64,000 bases of DNA, taken from Hydrurus foetidus. Its lineage: Eukaryota. The stretch covers positions 310,001 to 374,000 of the forward strand of contig UYFQ01000260.1 in assembly GCA_900617105.1 (NCBI GenBank), written 5' to 3'. The translations under genes were made by a program, and so were the position numbers. This document shows, piece after piece, positions 54,409 to 64,000 of the stretch. The notes below the pieces were generated by a model. That model was given only the letters and a program-made list of their open reading frames with translations. It was not told the DNA's origin and did no database searches. Numbering within the stretch: position 1 is the first letter of the stretch; each line of letters starts with the position of its first letter.

Positions 54409-55018
54409 CTAGGGGTGCGCCGGAGCGCGCAGCTCGATCGAAACGGACTCGCGCAGGTCACCGCTGCCGATCGCGGCGGTGGTCAGGGTCTTCTCGTTCT
54501 TCATGCCGCGCAGATAGGGATGCCAGATCCGCACCACGACGGGGCCCGATGGAATGTCACGGATCGTCGCGACACCGGCATCGTCGCTCTTGCCGCATAG
54601 GGGTGTCGACCACCTGATGAAGCCAACATCTGGTCGTGATGTTGCCGATGGCGGCCACGCCGACGGCGGCAGTTTGACGATGGTTCTCTTCGCGGCCGTA
54701 GAGCTTCAGCTCGAACTTGTTGCCGGCCGAGAAGGAATAGACGTGGTGGCGCACCTTATCGAGATTGGGGAACGAGACCTCGGCGCCCGCCGGCGCGATC
54801 AGCACGAAAGGCGTGAACTGGATGTTCTGTTGGGCGACCCGATAGGGCCACGGGAACTTGATTGGTCCACGGCTGGGCTGGCCGCCGGGATGGACTGTTA
54901 GGACCGCATCGGGAACGGGCTTGCCGTCGGCGCCGCGCACCGTGACGGTCAGGCTGCCGGCCAAGGCGGCCCCGCTCATCAGCACAGCGATGAGAAGTGA
55001 AACGACGAATTTCATCAC
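54409..55018 (-). CDS. Exported cupredoxin-like protein ('methylamine utilization protein' family; indels)
   Basis: Signal peptide, QFTPFVL, VSFPNLDKVRHHVYSFS, FELKLY, G-NI-HDQM, WHP. Confidence 0.8.
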
Positions 55019-55165
55019 ACACGACTAGCGTCTCGCGAGTGAAATCACCGTTAACGCGATGGTCTTGGCGCAACATCTTGTCGAGAGACTGGGTTAAGCT
55101 GAAAGGTTCTGTAAAGTCTTCTGAACGACCCTCGCTGACTGAACTGTCGCCGGGTCCAGAGCCAA

Positions 55166-56050
55166 ATGAAGCTTCACTATAAGACCATTCCGGCTTTTGG
55201 CTGTGTCATGGCCGCAGCCCTCGCCAGCGGCGCGACGGCTGCCGAGATCGAGACCGGCGGAAAGCTGCTGCTGACCGGCGGCGTCACGGCCCTCGAAGGC
55301 GGAGCGGGCGGCGGCATCGCCACTTGGGGCGTCATCGCCGGCAACGAGACCCGCAATGGCGTCGGCGGCAAGGTCCATGCGACCTATGTGGACGTTTCCG
55401 ACTACCAGCTGCGCACCGCGGGGGCCGCGATCGGCCTGTACGACCGGGTCGAGCTGTCGGTGGCCCGTCAGGAATTCGACACCGGCGCCACAGGAGCCAA
55501 GCTGGGCCTGGGCAAGGGTTTCACCTTCAGGCAGGACATCATCGGCGCCAAGCTGCGGGTGCTGGGCGACGCGGTCTATGAGCAGGACAGCTGGGTTCCG
55601 CAGGTCTCGGTCGGCGCGCAGTTCAAGAAGAACAATCAGGGCGCCATCATCAAGGCGGTCGGCGGCCAGCATGACAGTGGCGTCGACTACTATGTCGCGG
55701 CCACCAAGCTACTGCTCGACAAGAGCCTCGTCCTGAGCGGGGCGGTGCGCCTGACCAAGGCCAACCAGACCGGCCTTCTGGGCTTCGGCGGTGACCGGAA
55801 CGACAGCTACAAGGCCCAGTTCGAGGGCTCGGCCGGGGTGTTGCTCAGCAAGCGCCTGGCGGTCGGGGCCGAATACCGCACCAAGCCCAGCAACCTGGGC
55901 TTCGCCAGAGAAGACGACTGGGTCGACCTGTTCGCCGCCTATGCGATCAACAAGACAGTGTCGGTGACGGCCGCCTATGTCGATCTGGGCGACATCGCCA
56001 CGTTCAAGGATCAGCGGGGCCTGTATCTCTCGCTGCAGGCCGGCTTCTAG
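55166..56050 (+). CDS. DUF3034-family outer-membrane beta-barrel
   Basis: Signal peptide, LLLTGGV..LEG.AGGG, ANQTGLLGFGGD, EYRTKP.NL, C-terminal YLSLQAGF. Confidence 0.85.
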   Translation: MKLHYKTIPAFGCVMAAALASGATAAEIETGGKLLLTGGVTALEGGAGGGIATWGVIAGNETRNGVGGKVHATYVDVSDYQLRTAGAAIGLYDRVELSVARQEFDTGATGAKLGLGKGFTFRQDIIGAKLRVLGDAVYEQDSWVPQVSVGAQFKKNNQGAIIKAVGGQHDSGVDYYVAATKLLLDKSLVLSGAVRLTKANQTGLLGFGGDRNDSYKAQFEGSAGVLLSKRLAVGAEYRTKPSNLGFAREDDWVDLFAAYAINKTVSVTAAYVDLGDIATFKDQRGLYLSLQAGF

Positions 56051-56061
56051 GAGAGCGCTCA

Positions 56062-56574
56062 ATGTATCATCGTTTCACCCAGAGCGTGGCCCTGGCCGCC
56101 GTCGTCACCCTTGGCCTTGCCGGCGCCGCCCTGGCGCAGGACGCCGTTCCGCCCGGTGAGCAGCCGGTCGATCCCTATGCGCAGTCCAACGCCAATGCGC
56201 ACGCCACGCCCCTGAACGACATCAGGGTGTTCGAGGCCTTCCACGGCAAGGACGGCTTGGCTCGCATAGCGGCCGACATGGTCGATCGCAGCCTGGCCGA
56301 CCCGCGCATCAAGGAGATCTTCGCCACCACCGACGTTCCCCGCCTGAAGCGGACCCTGGCCGAGCAGTTCTGTTACGTGCTGGGCGGCGGCTGCGACTAT
56401 ACCGGCCGCGACATGAAGAGCGTCCACAAGGACATGGGCGTCACCAACAGGGACTTCAACGCCATGGTCGAAAACCTGCAGTGGGCGATGGAGAAGGAGG
56501 GCGTGCCCTTCTTCGCGCAGAACAAGCTGCTGGCCAAGCTGGCCCCGATGCAGCGGGGCGTGGTCGAGCGGTAA
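56062..56574 (+). CDS. Group 1 truncated hemoglobin with signal peptide
   Basis: ALA-Q signal cleavage site, ADPRI..IF, LGG..YTGRDM..H, FNAMVE.L. Confidence 0.9.
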   Translation: MYHRFTQSVALAAVVTLGLAGAALAQDAVPPGEQPVDPYAQSNANAHATPLNDIRVFEAFHGKDGLARIAADMVDRSLADPRIKEIFATTDVPRLKRTLAEQFCYVLGGGCDYTGRDMKSVHKDMGVTNRDFNAMVENLQWAMEKEGVPFFAQNKLLAKLAPMQRGVVER

Positions 56575-56584
56575 TCCAGATACC

Positions 56585-56685
56585 TGTCATCCCGGGCGAA
56601 GCGCAGCGCAGACCCGGGACCACGGCAAGCTCTTGCGTTTCCTGCGGTACCGGCTCGGCGCGCCCTGCGCTTGGCAGGGATGACA
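56585..56685. repeat. GTCATCCC-type palindromic element, copy 3
   Basis: TGTCATCCC...GGGATGACA with GCGAAGCGCAGCGC hairpin. Confidence 0.85.
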
Positions 56686-56688
56686 ATT

Positions 56689-57726
56689 TTAGCGACCCGG
56701 AACCGCGTCCGCATAGCGCGGCCAGTTCTTCGACAGCTCATCCACCACCACGCCGCCGACCTTGAAGGCCGCGTCGAGCGAGGATTGCAGGGCCGGAACG
56801 CCGGTCTGCTCGCCCAGCAGGTTGGTCGCCGCGTCGCCGCCGGGCGGCTGGGTGGTGTAGTTGCTGGCCGTGCGCAGAACCAGCACGCGCCGGGGGTCGG
56901 CGCGGCCCGCGCGGCCCAGGGCGTCGACTGCGGCCAGGACGCCGGTGTCCTCCATGCCGGTCATCACGAAGCCGTCCTGGTCGCCGGTCCAGTAATTGGC
57001 CCAGGCCTCGTAGTGACGGTTGAGGATCTCGCCGTGCCAGAAGGCCTGGCCGCTGACCTCGTCACCCTTCAGCACCATGGGCGGCGTCTGCGCCTTGGGC
57101 AGGCCGACATAGGGCGCGCGCAGGGCCTTGAGGGCGTCGTTGTCGGCAATGGCCGCGTCGCGCGTCAGGTCGAAGGCCCAGTCTCGCAGGGCCAGGTTCA
57201 GCGGGAACAGGTTTTCGCTATCGGCCGGCGGCGGCCCTTCATAGGGCGCCTTGCGATGGAGGGGGATCTGGCCGATCGACCAGGCCTTGGGCGTCTCGCG
57301 CGGGTCGATCATGTAGCCAAAGTCGCTGTCGATCACCGCGCCGATCCAGGCGGCCGAGCCGACCGAGCCCTGGTTGGGATTGACCCCGGCGATGGCCGCG
57401 ATCAGCCAGTAGCTCTTGGAGAGGTCGAAGCGCGGATCAAGGCCCAGGGCCATGGTCGAGATCGCCGCGCGATTGGTGCCCATGCTGGTCGACAGCAGCA
57501 GCACCTTGCGGGCGGGATCATAGCGCAGGTCGCGAAAGCCGGTCTTGAACGGGATCTTCTGCGGCATGACCTGGGCCCAGGCCTGGAACTCGCCGGCCTT
57601 GTCGCCGGTGTCCTCGCCGATCTCGAAGGCGGTCACCACCACCACGCGAACCTCAAGCGGCGCGGCGAGGGCGGGCGCTGAAGCCAGGCAGGCGAAAAGA
57701 CAGGCGAGAACCGCGAGACGACGCAT
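56689..57726 (-). CDS. Purine nucleoside permease (NUP) family exported protein
   Basis: FEIGEDTGD.AGEFQ.W, DPRFDLSKSYWLIA.IAG, MEDTG, LRTASNY. Confidence 0.85.
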   Translation of the reverse strand: MRRLAVLACLFACLASAPALAAPLEVRVVVVTAFEIGEDTGDKAGEFQAWAQVMPQKIPFKTGFRDLRYDPARKVLLLSTSMGTNRAAISTMALGLDPRFDLSKSYWLIAAIAGVNPNQGSVGSAAWIGAVIDSDFGYMIDPRETPKAWSIGQIPLHRKAPYEGPPPADSENLFPLNLALRDWAFDLTRDAAIADNDALKALRAPYVGLPKAQTPPMVLKGDEVSGQAFWHGEILNRHYEAWANYWTGDQDGFVMTGMEDTGVLAAVDALGRAGRADPRRVLVLRTASNYTTQPPGGDAATNLLGEQTGVPALQSSLDAAFKVGGVVVDELSKNWPRYADAVPGR

Positions 57727-57738
57727 GGTCTTCCTCGA

Positions 57739-57771
57739 AAGAAAAAGGGCCGCGAGAGAATCTCGCGGCCC
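57739..57771 (-). terminator. Intrinsic terminator after hflC
   Basis: GGGCCGCGAGA-loop-TCTCGCGGCCC followed by a U tract on the minus strand. Confidence 0.75.
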
Positions 57772-57777
57772 CGGTTC

Positions 57778-58620
57778 TTACTGCGCTTGCGGTCCGCGCT
57801 GGAAGTACTTGAAGAAGGCGCTGTCGGGGGAAAGCACCAGGGTGGCGTCTCCCTGACCAAGCGACGCCTCATAGGCCTGCATCGAGCGATAGAAGGCCGC
57901 GAAGTTGGGGTCCCGGCCGAAGCTGGACGCGAACAGTTCGGCGCGGCGGGCGTCGCCCTCACCCCGGATCTTTTCGCCTTCTTCGGTCGCGGTGGCCACG
58001 ATCTCGCGCTTCTGCTGCTCGCCGATGGCGCGCAGCTGGGCGGCCTCCTGCTGGCGGGCGGTCTGCATGCGCTCGAACACGGCCTTCTGGTTGGCCTCAG
58101 GCGGGTCGGCGCGGCGGATGCGGACGTCGATGATCTGGACGCCCAGATCAAGCTTCACCTGGCGGCCGACCTCGTCGCGGATGGCAGCTGACCACGGCGC
58201 GCTTGCCGGCTCACTTCCTCGGAATTGGCCCGGCCGATGGTCTGGCGCAGCGAGGCGTTGACGATGCGCTCCAGCCGGTCGCCAGCCTTCGTCTCATCGC
58301 CCAGCGTCTTGTAGAACTGGCGCGGGTCGCTGATCCGGTAGCGGACGAGGCGTCGACCACCAGGCGCTCCTGGTCGGCGGCGATCACCTCTTCCTGGTCG
58401 GCGTTCAGGGGCGATGTTGCGGTTGTCGAACTTGACCACGCGATCCAGGAACGGCGCTTCAGGTGCAGGCCCGCGTGCGGACCACGCGGATCGGGTCGCC
58501 GAAGCGGATGACCAGGGCCTGATGGCGCTGATCGACCTGATAGACGGTCGAACCCAGCAGGACCAGCAGGGCGCCGGCGGCGGCGCCGAGGGCGGTGAGA
58601 CGGTTTTGCGGACGGATCAT
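57778..58620 (-). CDS. hflC: FtsH modulator HflC (indels)
   Basis: RYRISDP..FY, DVRIRRAD, GEGDA, FYRSMQAY, LSPDS.FFKY. Confidence 0.92.
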
Positions 58621-59703
58621 TGGGCGGCTCCGTCGATGGACTTGACCACGGTGGCGGTCCGCGGACGGAACGCGTCGGGCGGCAGGATCACCGGGGCGCT
58701 GGCGCCCTTGCTGTCGATGATGACCTTGTTCGAATTGGCCAGCACGCGCTGCATGGTCTCAAGATAGAGGCGCTCGCGCGTCACAGCCGGGGCCAGCTTG
58801 TACTGGTCATAGATCTGGTTGAAGCGGGCGGCTTCACCGGCCGCTTCGCGCACGACCTGTTCGCGATAGCCCTTGGCCTGCTGGACGATCTCGGCGCTCC
58901 GGCCGCGCGCCACGTTGGCGGCGGACTGGGCGTTCTGGCTGGCGCGCTGCACGTCGCGGAAGGCGTCGATGACCGGGGGCGGCGGGGTGGCCGTCTGGAT
59001 CTGCACGCTTTCGACGAAGACCCCGGCGTCATAGCGATCCAGGATCTGCTGCATCAGGACCTCGGCCTCCAGCTGAAGCTGGCCGCGGCCGGTGGTCAGG
59101 ATGGGGGTCAGGGCGGTCTTGCCGACCACCTCGCGCATGGCGCTCTCGCCGACGGCGCGGATCACGCTGTCGGGATCGCGGACGTGAACAGGTACTTAGG
59201 GGCGTCAGACACCCGCCACTGCACCGAGAAGGCCAGGTCGACGATGTTCTCGTCGCTGGTCAGCATCAGCCGCTCTTCGCCACCGTCCGTGCCGGTGGCG
59301 CCGATGTCGTCGTGCGGATCTCGCTGACCGAGACCTTTTCGACGGTCTCGACCGGGAAGGGAAGGTGATAGCGCAGGCCCGGATTGGCGACACGCGAGAA
59401 GGCGCCGAAGGTGCTGACGACGCCCTGCTGGTTGGGCTGGACGACATAGACGCCTGTCACTGCCCACAGGGCGACGACGGCGCCGGCCGCCGTGGCGATG
59501 GCGCGGGGCCGGTCAGGACCCTGAAAGTAGCCGCGCAGGCGCGCGGTCAGATCTTCGATCACCTGGTTCAGGTCGATCGGGGTCTGGGGATCGCGAGGTC
59601 CGCCCGATGGGCGGCGCGGACCAGGGCGCGGCGTGTTGTCCTTGTCGCCATTCGGCGGCGGAGAACCCCAGGGACCAGGGCCGGCATTGTCGTTCCAAGG
59701 CAT
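58617..59703 (-). CDS. hflK: FtsH modulator HflK (indels)
   Basis: MPWN..GPWG, LMLTSDENIVD, ESAMREVVG, RERLYLETM. Confidence 0.92.
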
Positions 59704-59808
59704 GGGCGGCGTTGTCTTCCCGTCGGATTTTGATTTTTCAGCGGGGATTGTAAATCGTTCCCCACACGCGGATATGAGGACCCCCACCCCACAAGGCAAG
59801 ACATAGAC

Positions 59809-60515
59809 GTGACCGGCGCCGCTTCCACCACCCTCGACGAGGCCCGCGCGGCCCTGGATCTCATCGTCGATCCGTTGACCGGGCAGGGACTTGTGGCCGC
59901 CGGACTGGTGCAGGGCCTGGTGGTCCGCAATGGCCGCGCCGGCTTCATGCTGGAGGTCCCGGTCGCCAAGACGGCCGCCTATGCGCCTGTCCGCGAGGCC
60001 GCCGAGAAGACCCTCGCCGACCTGCCGGGGGTCGATGTCGCCCAGGTGGTGCTGACCGCCCAGGCCGCCGAGGGCGCGACCCGGGTGCGCAAGGGCGCCA
60101 AGGTGTCCGAGGATCCGAAGGCCCGCATGGTCCCGCCGCCGGAAGCCGAAAAGCCCGCCCATGTGAAACACGTGATCGCCGTGGCCTCGGGCAAGGGCGG
60201 GGTGGGCAAGTCCACCGTCGCCACCAACCTGGCCTGCGCCTTCCACGCCATGGGCCTGAAGGTCGGCCTGCTGGACGCCGACATCTACGGCCCGTCCGGT
60301 CCGCGCATGATGGGCGTCAATGGCGAACCCAGCTTCGAGGACGGCAAACTTCAGCCCTTGGAAGCGCACGGGATCAAGATCATGTCGATCGGCTTCATGG
60401 TCGATGAAGACAAGGCGATGATCTGGCGCGGTCCCATGGCCTCGTCGGCCGTCCGCCAGATGATCCACGAGGTTGCCTGGGGCTCGGAAGCCGCGCCGCT
60501 CGATATCCTGGTGGT

Positions 60516-60548
<33 letters not shown>

Positions 60549-60921
60549 GACCCTCGTGCAGAAACTGCGCATCGACGGCGCCGTGCTGGTCACCACGCCG
60601 CAGGAGATCGCCCTGATCGACGCGCGCCGGGCCGCGATCATGTTCGGCAAGACCGCCACCCGGATCCTGGGCCTGATCGAGAACATGGCCTTCTTCGCCG
60701 ACCCTTCGACCGGCGCCCCGATCCCGATCTTCGGTTCCGGCGGCGGCGTGGCCGAGGCCAGGGTGCTGGGCGTGCCGGTGCTGGCGGAGGTTCCGATCGA
60801 ACTGGCTGTCCGCGAAGGCGGCGACCACGGCGTCCCCGTGGTGCTGGGCAAGCCCGACAGTGCGGCGGCCCGGGCGTTTGTCGGGGCCGCGAAGGCGTTG
60901 TGGGGCATTGTCAGGAACTAG
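59809..60921 (+). CDS. apbC: Mrp/ApbC Fe-S carrier ATPase
   Basis: ASGKGGVGKST, DADIYGPS, WRGPM, DLPPGTGD, ENM. Confidence 0.93.
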
Positions 60922-60961
60922 CATTGCCTGACGCCCGCACAGGCGCATAGGGGCCAGAAAA

Positions 60962-60987
60962 GCCGTCCGAGCACGGCCCGGACGGCC
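60962..60987. terminator. Hairpin between convergent mrp and fadL
   Basis: GCCGTCCG...CGGACGGC. Confidence 0.55.
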
Positions 60988-61012
60988 TGTTCCTGTCTAG
61001 CTCAGGTCAGCT

Positions 61013-62300
61013 CTAGAAGCTGAAACGCGCGCCCGTCGACATCACGACGGCGGACCCCGTCACGTCGCCGCGCAGGTTGACGGTCGAGTTGGTCGCCGTC
61101 ACGTCGGTGCGATTGATCTTCGTGTCTTCGAAGCCAATGTAGCTGAGGGCCGCGTCTAGCTTCAGGTTCGGCTTGGCCGCCCAGGTGGCGCCGGCCGCGT
61201 ACATCATGCGGTTGCCGTCCGGCACGCGGGCGGTGCGGCCGATGTCCGGGGTCGGGGTCGGGTCGTACTGCACGCCGGCCCGCAGGGTCAGGCGCGGGCT
61301 GGCCTGATAGTCGACGCCGACGGCGGCGGTGGTGACGTCCTTGTAGTTCTGGACGCTGGTCGAGCCCGAGGTCGCATACTTGACGCGGATGGCGTCGAAC
61401 TGGCTCCAGCCGATGCGGCTGACCGACCCGTTCAGGGTGACGCGGTCATTGACCGCCCAGCGCGCGCCGATGATGGCCATCCAGGGGGTGGTGATCTGGG
61501 CCTCGCCGGCAGTCTTGAAGTTGCTGGACGCCGGTATGGGCGCCAGCAGGCCGAGACGGCGACCTCGCCCTTCAGGGTCTGTTCGACCTTGGCGCGGTAG
61601 CTGGCGCCCAGGGTCAGGGCCGGGGTGGGACGATATTGCGCGCCCACGGTCCAGCCATAGGTCCAGCCGTCGCCCTTGAGTGACTGCAGGCCATCGGCCT
61701 GCAGCGGCGAGATGTTGGGCAGGGCGTTGGTCAGTTCCGCGTCGGCATGGACGGCGCTGACGCCGACGCCGAGGTCCAGCTTGTCATTGACGCGCCAGGC
61801 CACCGTGCCCTGGAGGTCGGCCGTGGTCAGGCGCGACTTCAGCGCGTCATAGCGGGTCCAGCTGCGCGGACCATATTCGGTGGTGAAATTGTAGGGCGCA
61901 GCGAGCGACAGGCCCAGGGTCAGGTGCTCATTGATCCGCCAGGCGCTGGCGAAGTTGGGCACGACGCCGCTCTTGATCGGCTTGGCGACGCGGCTGTCGC
62001 CGCCGATCGCCGTCGTCACCGGCACGGGGCGGGTGATGGTCGAGCCGTTGTTGTTGACGTCGGAATCGACCTGGATGGCGTGCAGGCCGCCATAGACCTC
62101 ATTGGCCTCCAGGCCGGCGATCGCGGCGGGGTTCCACCACAGGCTGGATGCGCCGTGATCAGCGACCTCGCCCGAATAGGCCCGGCCGCGCCGCGCACCG
62201 ATTGTTCCTGCAGATAGAAGGCCGAAGCGGAGGCCTGGGAGGCGGCGACGAGCACGCCAAAAGCCACGCCGACGGCGAGGCGGTTACGCGAAAAAGTCAT
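61013..62300 (-). CDS. fadL: FadL/OmpP1 outer-membrane transporter (indels)
   Basis: Signal peptide, AFYLQEQS, WWNPA, YDPTP...RVPD, C-terminal Phe. Confidence 0.88.
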
Positions 62301-62531
62301 GAACTGACGAGACCTTCTTGGGGAGGAGAAGTCCCCAAGCGTCTTGCGGCGCTGGAGGAGCGCCGCGTCTAACGGATTGAGCCAGAAACCGTTGCTATTT
62401 CTCAGGCGCGCGGTGGATTTTGTACGTGAAGTCAAAGAAACGGGGCCGCAAGGGCCCCGTTCCAAACGCTGTTATGTCAGTAATGGCGCGAATGTGGCCG
62501 CCAAGTGGTCGCTTTCACTACAAGACTATTG

Positions 62532-63437
62532 TCAGCCGCCCGCCATCTTGCGGAAAAACTTCTGACCTTGCTCGCCGCCGTTGAAATAGGCCTTTTGGCC
62601 GTCTTCGGCGGTGATCTGGCCCCAATGGTCGCGGATGCCCTCGGCCGACAGCTCGCCGTCGCTCAGATAGACGCCCTCGGTCTCATAGAGGCGCGTCAGG
62701 GCGAAGGCGCCGGCGCCGGCGGTCAGGATCGCGCCGGTCGGGGCTTCGTCGGAGACCAGATACATCACGCCTGGCGTGACCGCCTCGGGCGCCAGCTTGG
62801 CCAGTACTTCGGGCGGCATCAGGCCCTCGGTCATGCGGGTGGCGGCGACCGGGCTGATGGCGTTGATGTGGACGTTGTTCTTTTGACCCTCGAGCTTGAG
62901 GGTGTTCATCAGGCCCAGCACCGCCATCTTGGCCGCGCCGTAATTGGACTGGCCGAAATTGCCGTACATGCCCGACGACGAGGTCGTCACGACGATGCGG
63001 CCATAGTTCTGGGCCTTCATGATGTCCCAGACCGCCTTGATCGGCTTGAAGGTGCCCCAGACGTGGACCTGCATGACCGCCTCGAAGTCGGCCAGTTCCA
63101 TCTTGCTCAGGGTCTTGTCGCGCAGGATGCCGGCATTGGCGATCAGGATGTCGATCCGGCCCCAGGTGTCCATGGTGGTCTTGACCAGGTCGGCGACGCC
63201 GGCGTCGTCGGTCACCGAGGCGCCGTGGGCGATGGCTTCGCCGCCGGCGGCCTTGATCTCTTCCACGACCTTCAGGGCGGCGTCTGACGAGCCGCCCGAA
63301 CCGTCGACGCTGCCGCCCAGATCGTTGACCACCACCTTGGCGCCGCGACGGGCCAGTTCCAGGGCGTGCTGTCGGCCAAGGCCGCCACCTGCGCCCGTAA
63401 CGATCGCTACCTTGCCGTCAAAACGGATGTCCGACAT
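62532..63437 (-). CDS. SDR oxidoreductase (hydroxyacyl-CoA dehydrogenase-like)
   Basis: TGAGGGLG, VVNDLGG, NAGILRD, YGAAK. Confidence 0.92.
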   Translation of the reverse strand: MSDIRFDGKVAIVTGAGGGLGRQHALELARRGAKVVVNDLGGSVDGSGGSSDAALKVVEEIKAAGGEAIAHGASVTDDAGVADLVKTTMDTWGRIDILIANAGILRDKTLSKMELADFEAVMQVHVWGTFKPIKAVWDIMKAQNYGRIVVTTSSSGMYGNFGQSNYGAAKMAVLGLMNTLKLEGQKNNVHINAISPVAATRMTEGLMPPEVLAKLAPEAVTPGVMYLVSDEAPTGAILTAGAGAFALTRLYETEGVYLSDGELSAEGIRDHWGQITAEDGQKAYFNGGEQGQKFFRKMAGG

Positions 63438-63564
63438 GCCCTAGTCTCCCTCAAACGCGTGTTTGGTTTGGCGCGTTTGTGCGGCGCGGGAGGGGAGGCG
63501 TCAAGGGCGCCGGCGCCGCGCGGCCCTGACGTTTTGCGCCGCTCAGGCGTTCCGTGTCCGAGCC

Positions 63565-63589
63565 TTGATCCTGATCACAGTGTCACGGG
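63565..63589 (+). promoter_or_regulatory. Possible CueR/MerR-type promoter-operator
   Basis: TTGATC followed by imperfect dyad CCTGATCAC-A-GTGTCACGG upstream of copA. Confidence 0.45.
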
Positions 63590-63634
63590 CCGCAGAGGCA
63601 TATGGCGAAGGCCGGACGCCAGGAGAACCTCGCG

Positions 63635-64000
63635 ATGTCTGACCACGCGCTACACCCTGCCCACGCTCCCACAGGCGCGGCGCCAGGGACCGCCGCGATT
63701 GGAGCTTTCTACACCTGTCCGATGCATCCCAGGGTTCGGACGGTGGGGCCCGGTGTCTGTCCGATCTGCGGCATGGCGCTAGAGCCCGAGGCGCCGCAGC
63801 TTGACGATGGCCCCAATCCCGAACTGACGGACATGACCCGGCGGTTCTGGATCGCTCTGGTCCTCACCCTGCCGGTCTTCGTGCTGGACATGGGCGCGCA
63901 CCTGTTTGGCCTGATGCCGCCCTGGGGGGACCGCGCCAACGCCTTCATCCAGCTGGCTCTGGCTTCGCCGGTTGTGCTGTGGACGGGCTGGCCGTTCTTC
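63635..64000 (+). CDS. copA: Copper-translocating P1B ATPase, 5' part (indels; partial)
   Basis: YTCPMHP..GPG.CPICGMALEP, PNPELTDMTRRFW, PVVLWTGWPFF. Confidence 0.9.
   Translation, partial: MSDHALHPAHAPTGAAPGTAAIGAFYTCPMHPRVRTVGPGVCPICGMALEPEAPQLDDGPNPELTDMTRRFWIALVLTLPVFVLDMGAHLFGLMPPWGDRANAFIQLALASPVVLWTGWPFF

Noticed and set aside
54409..55018. Methylamine utilisation pathway
   Set aside because: The name is a family label only; no methylamine dehydrogenase genes are in the window.

Overview
GC-rich alphaproteobacterial chromosome, almost certainly a Caulobacter. This rests on the permuted two-piece tmRNA with tag ANDNFAEEFAIAA, the CAU-1-like B3 lactamase inside the met operon, and CIR-like intergenic repeats. 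The assembly carries many 1-nt indels, even in essential genes, so most frameshifts are treated as sequencing error and gene extents were stitched by eye. Core content: met operon (regulator-metF-bla-split metH), thyA/folA, ilvC, ilvIH with an attenuator, ispB, fumC, ssrA-sspB, miaA/serB, hflKC, mrp, fadL and the start of copA. Accessory content: five toxin-antitoxin-type pairs, an AT-rich HEPN-like gene coupled to thyA, and three families of palindromic repeats. Best candidates for undescribed biology: (1) a divergent four-gene module of exported truncated globin, DUF3034 beta-barrel, cupredoxin-like protein and membrane EAL phosphodiesterase (52-56.6 kb); (2) a duplicated tmRNA 3' stem-loop inside an alternative hairpin upstream of sspB; (3) the HEPN-like cargo gene between thyA and folA. 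All family assignments are from motif recognition, not database searches.
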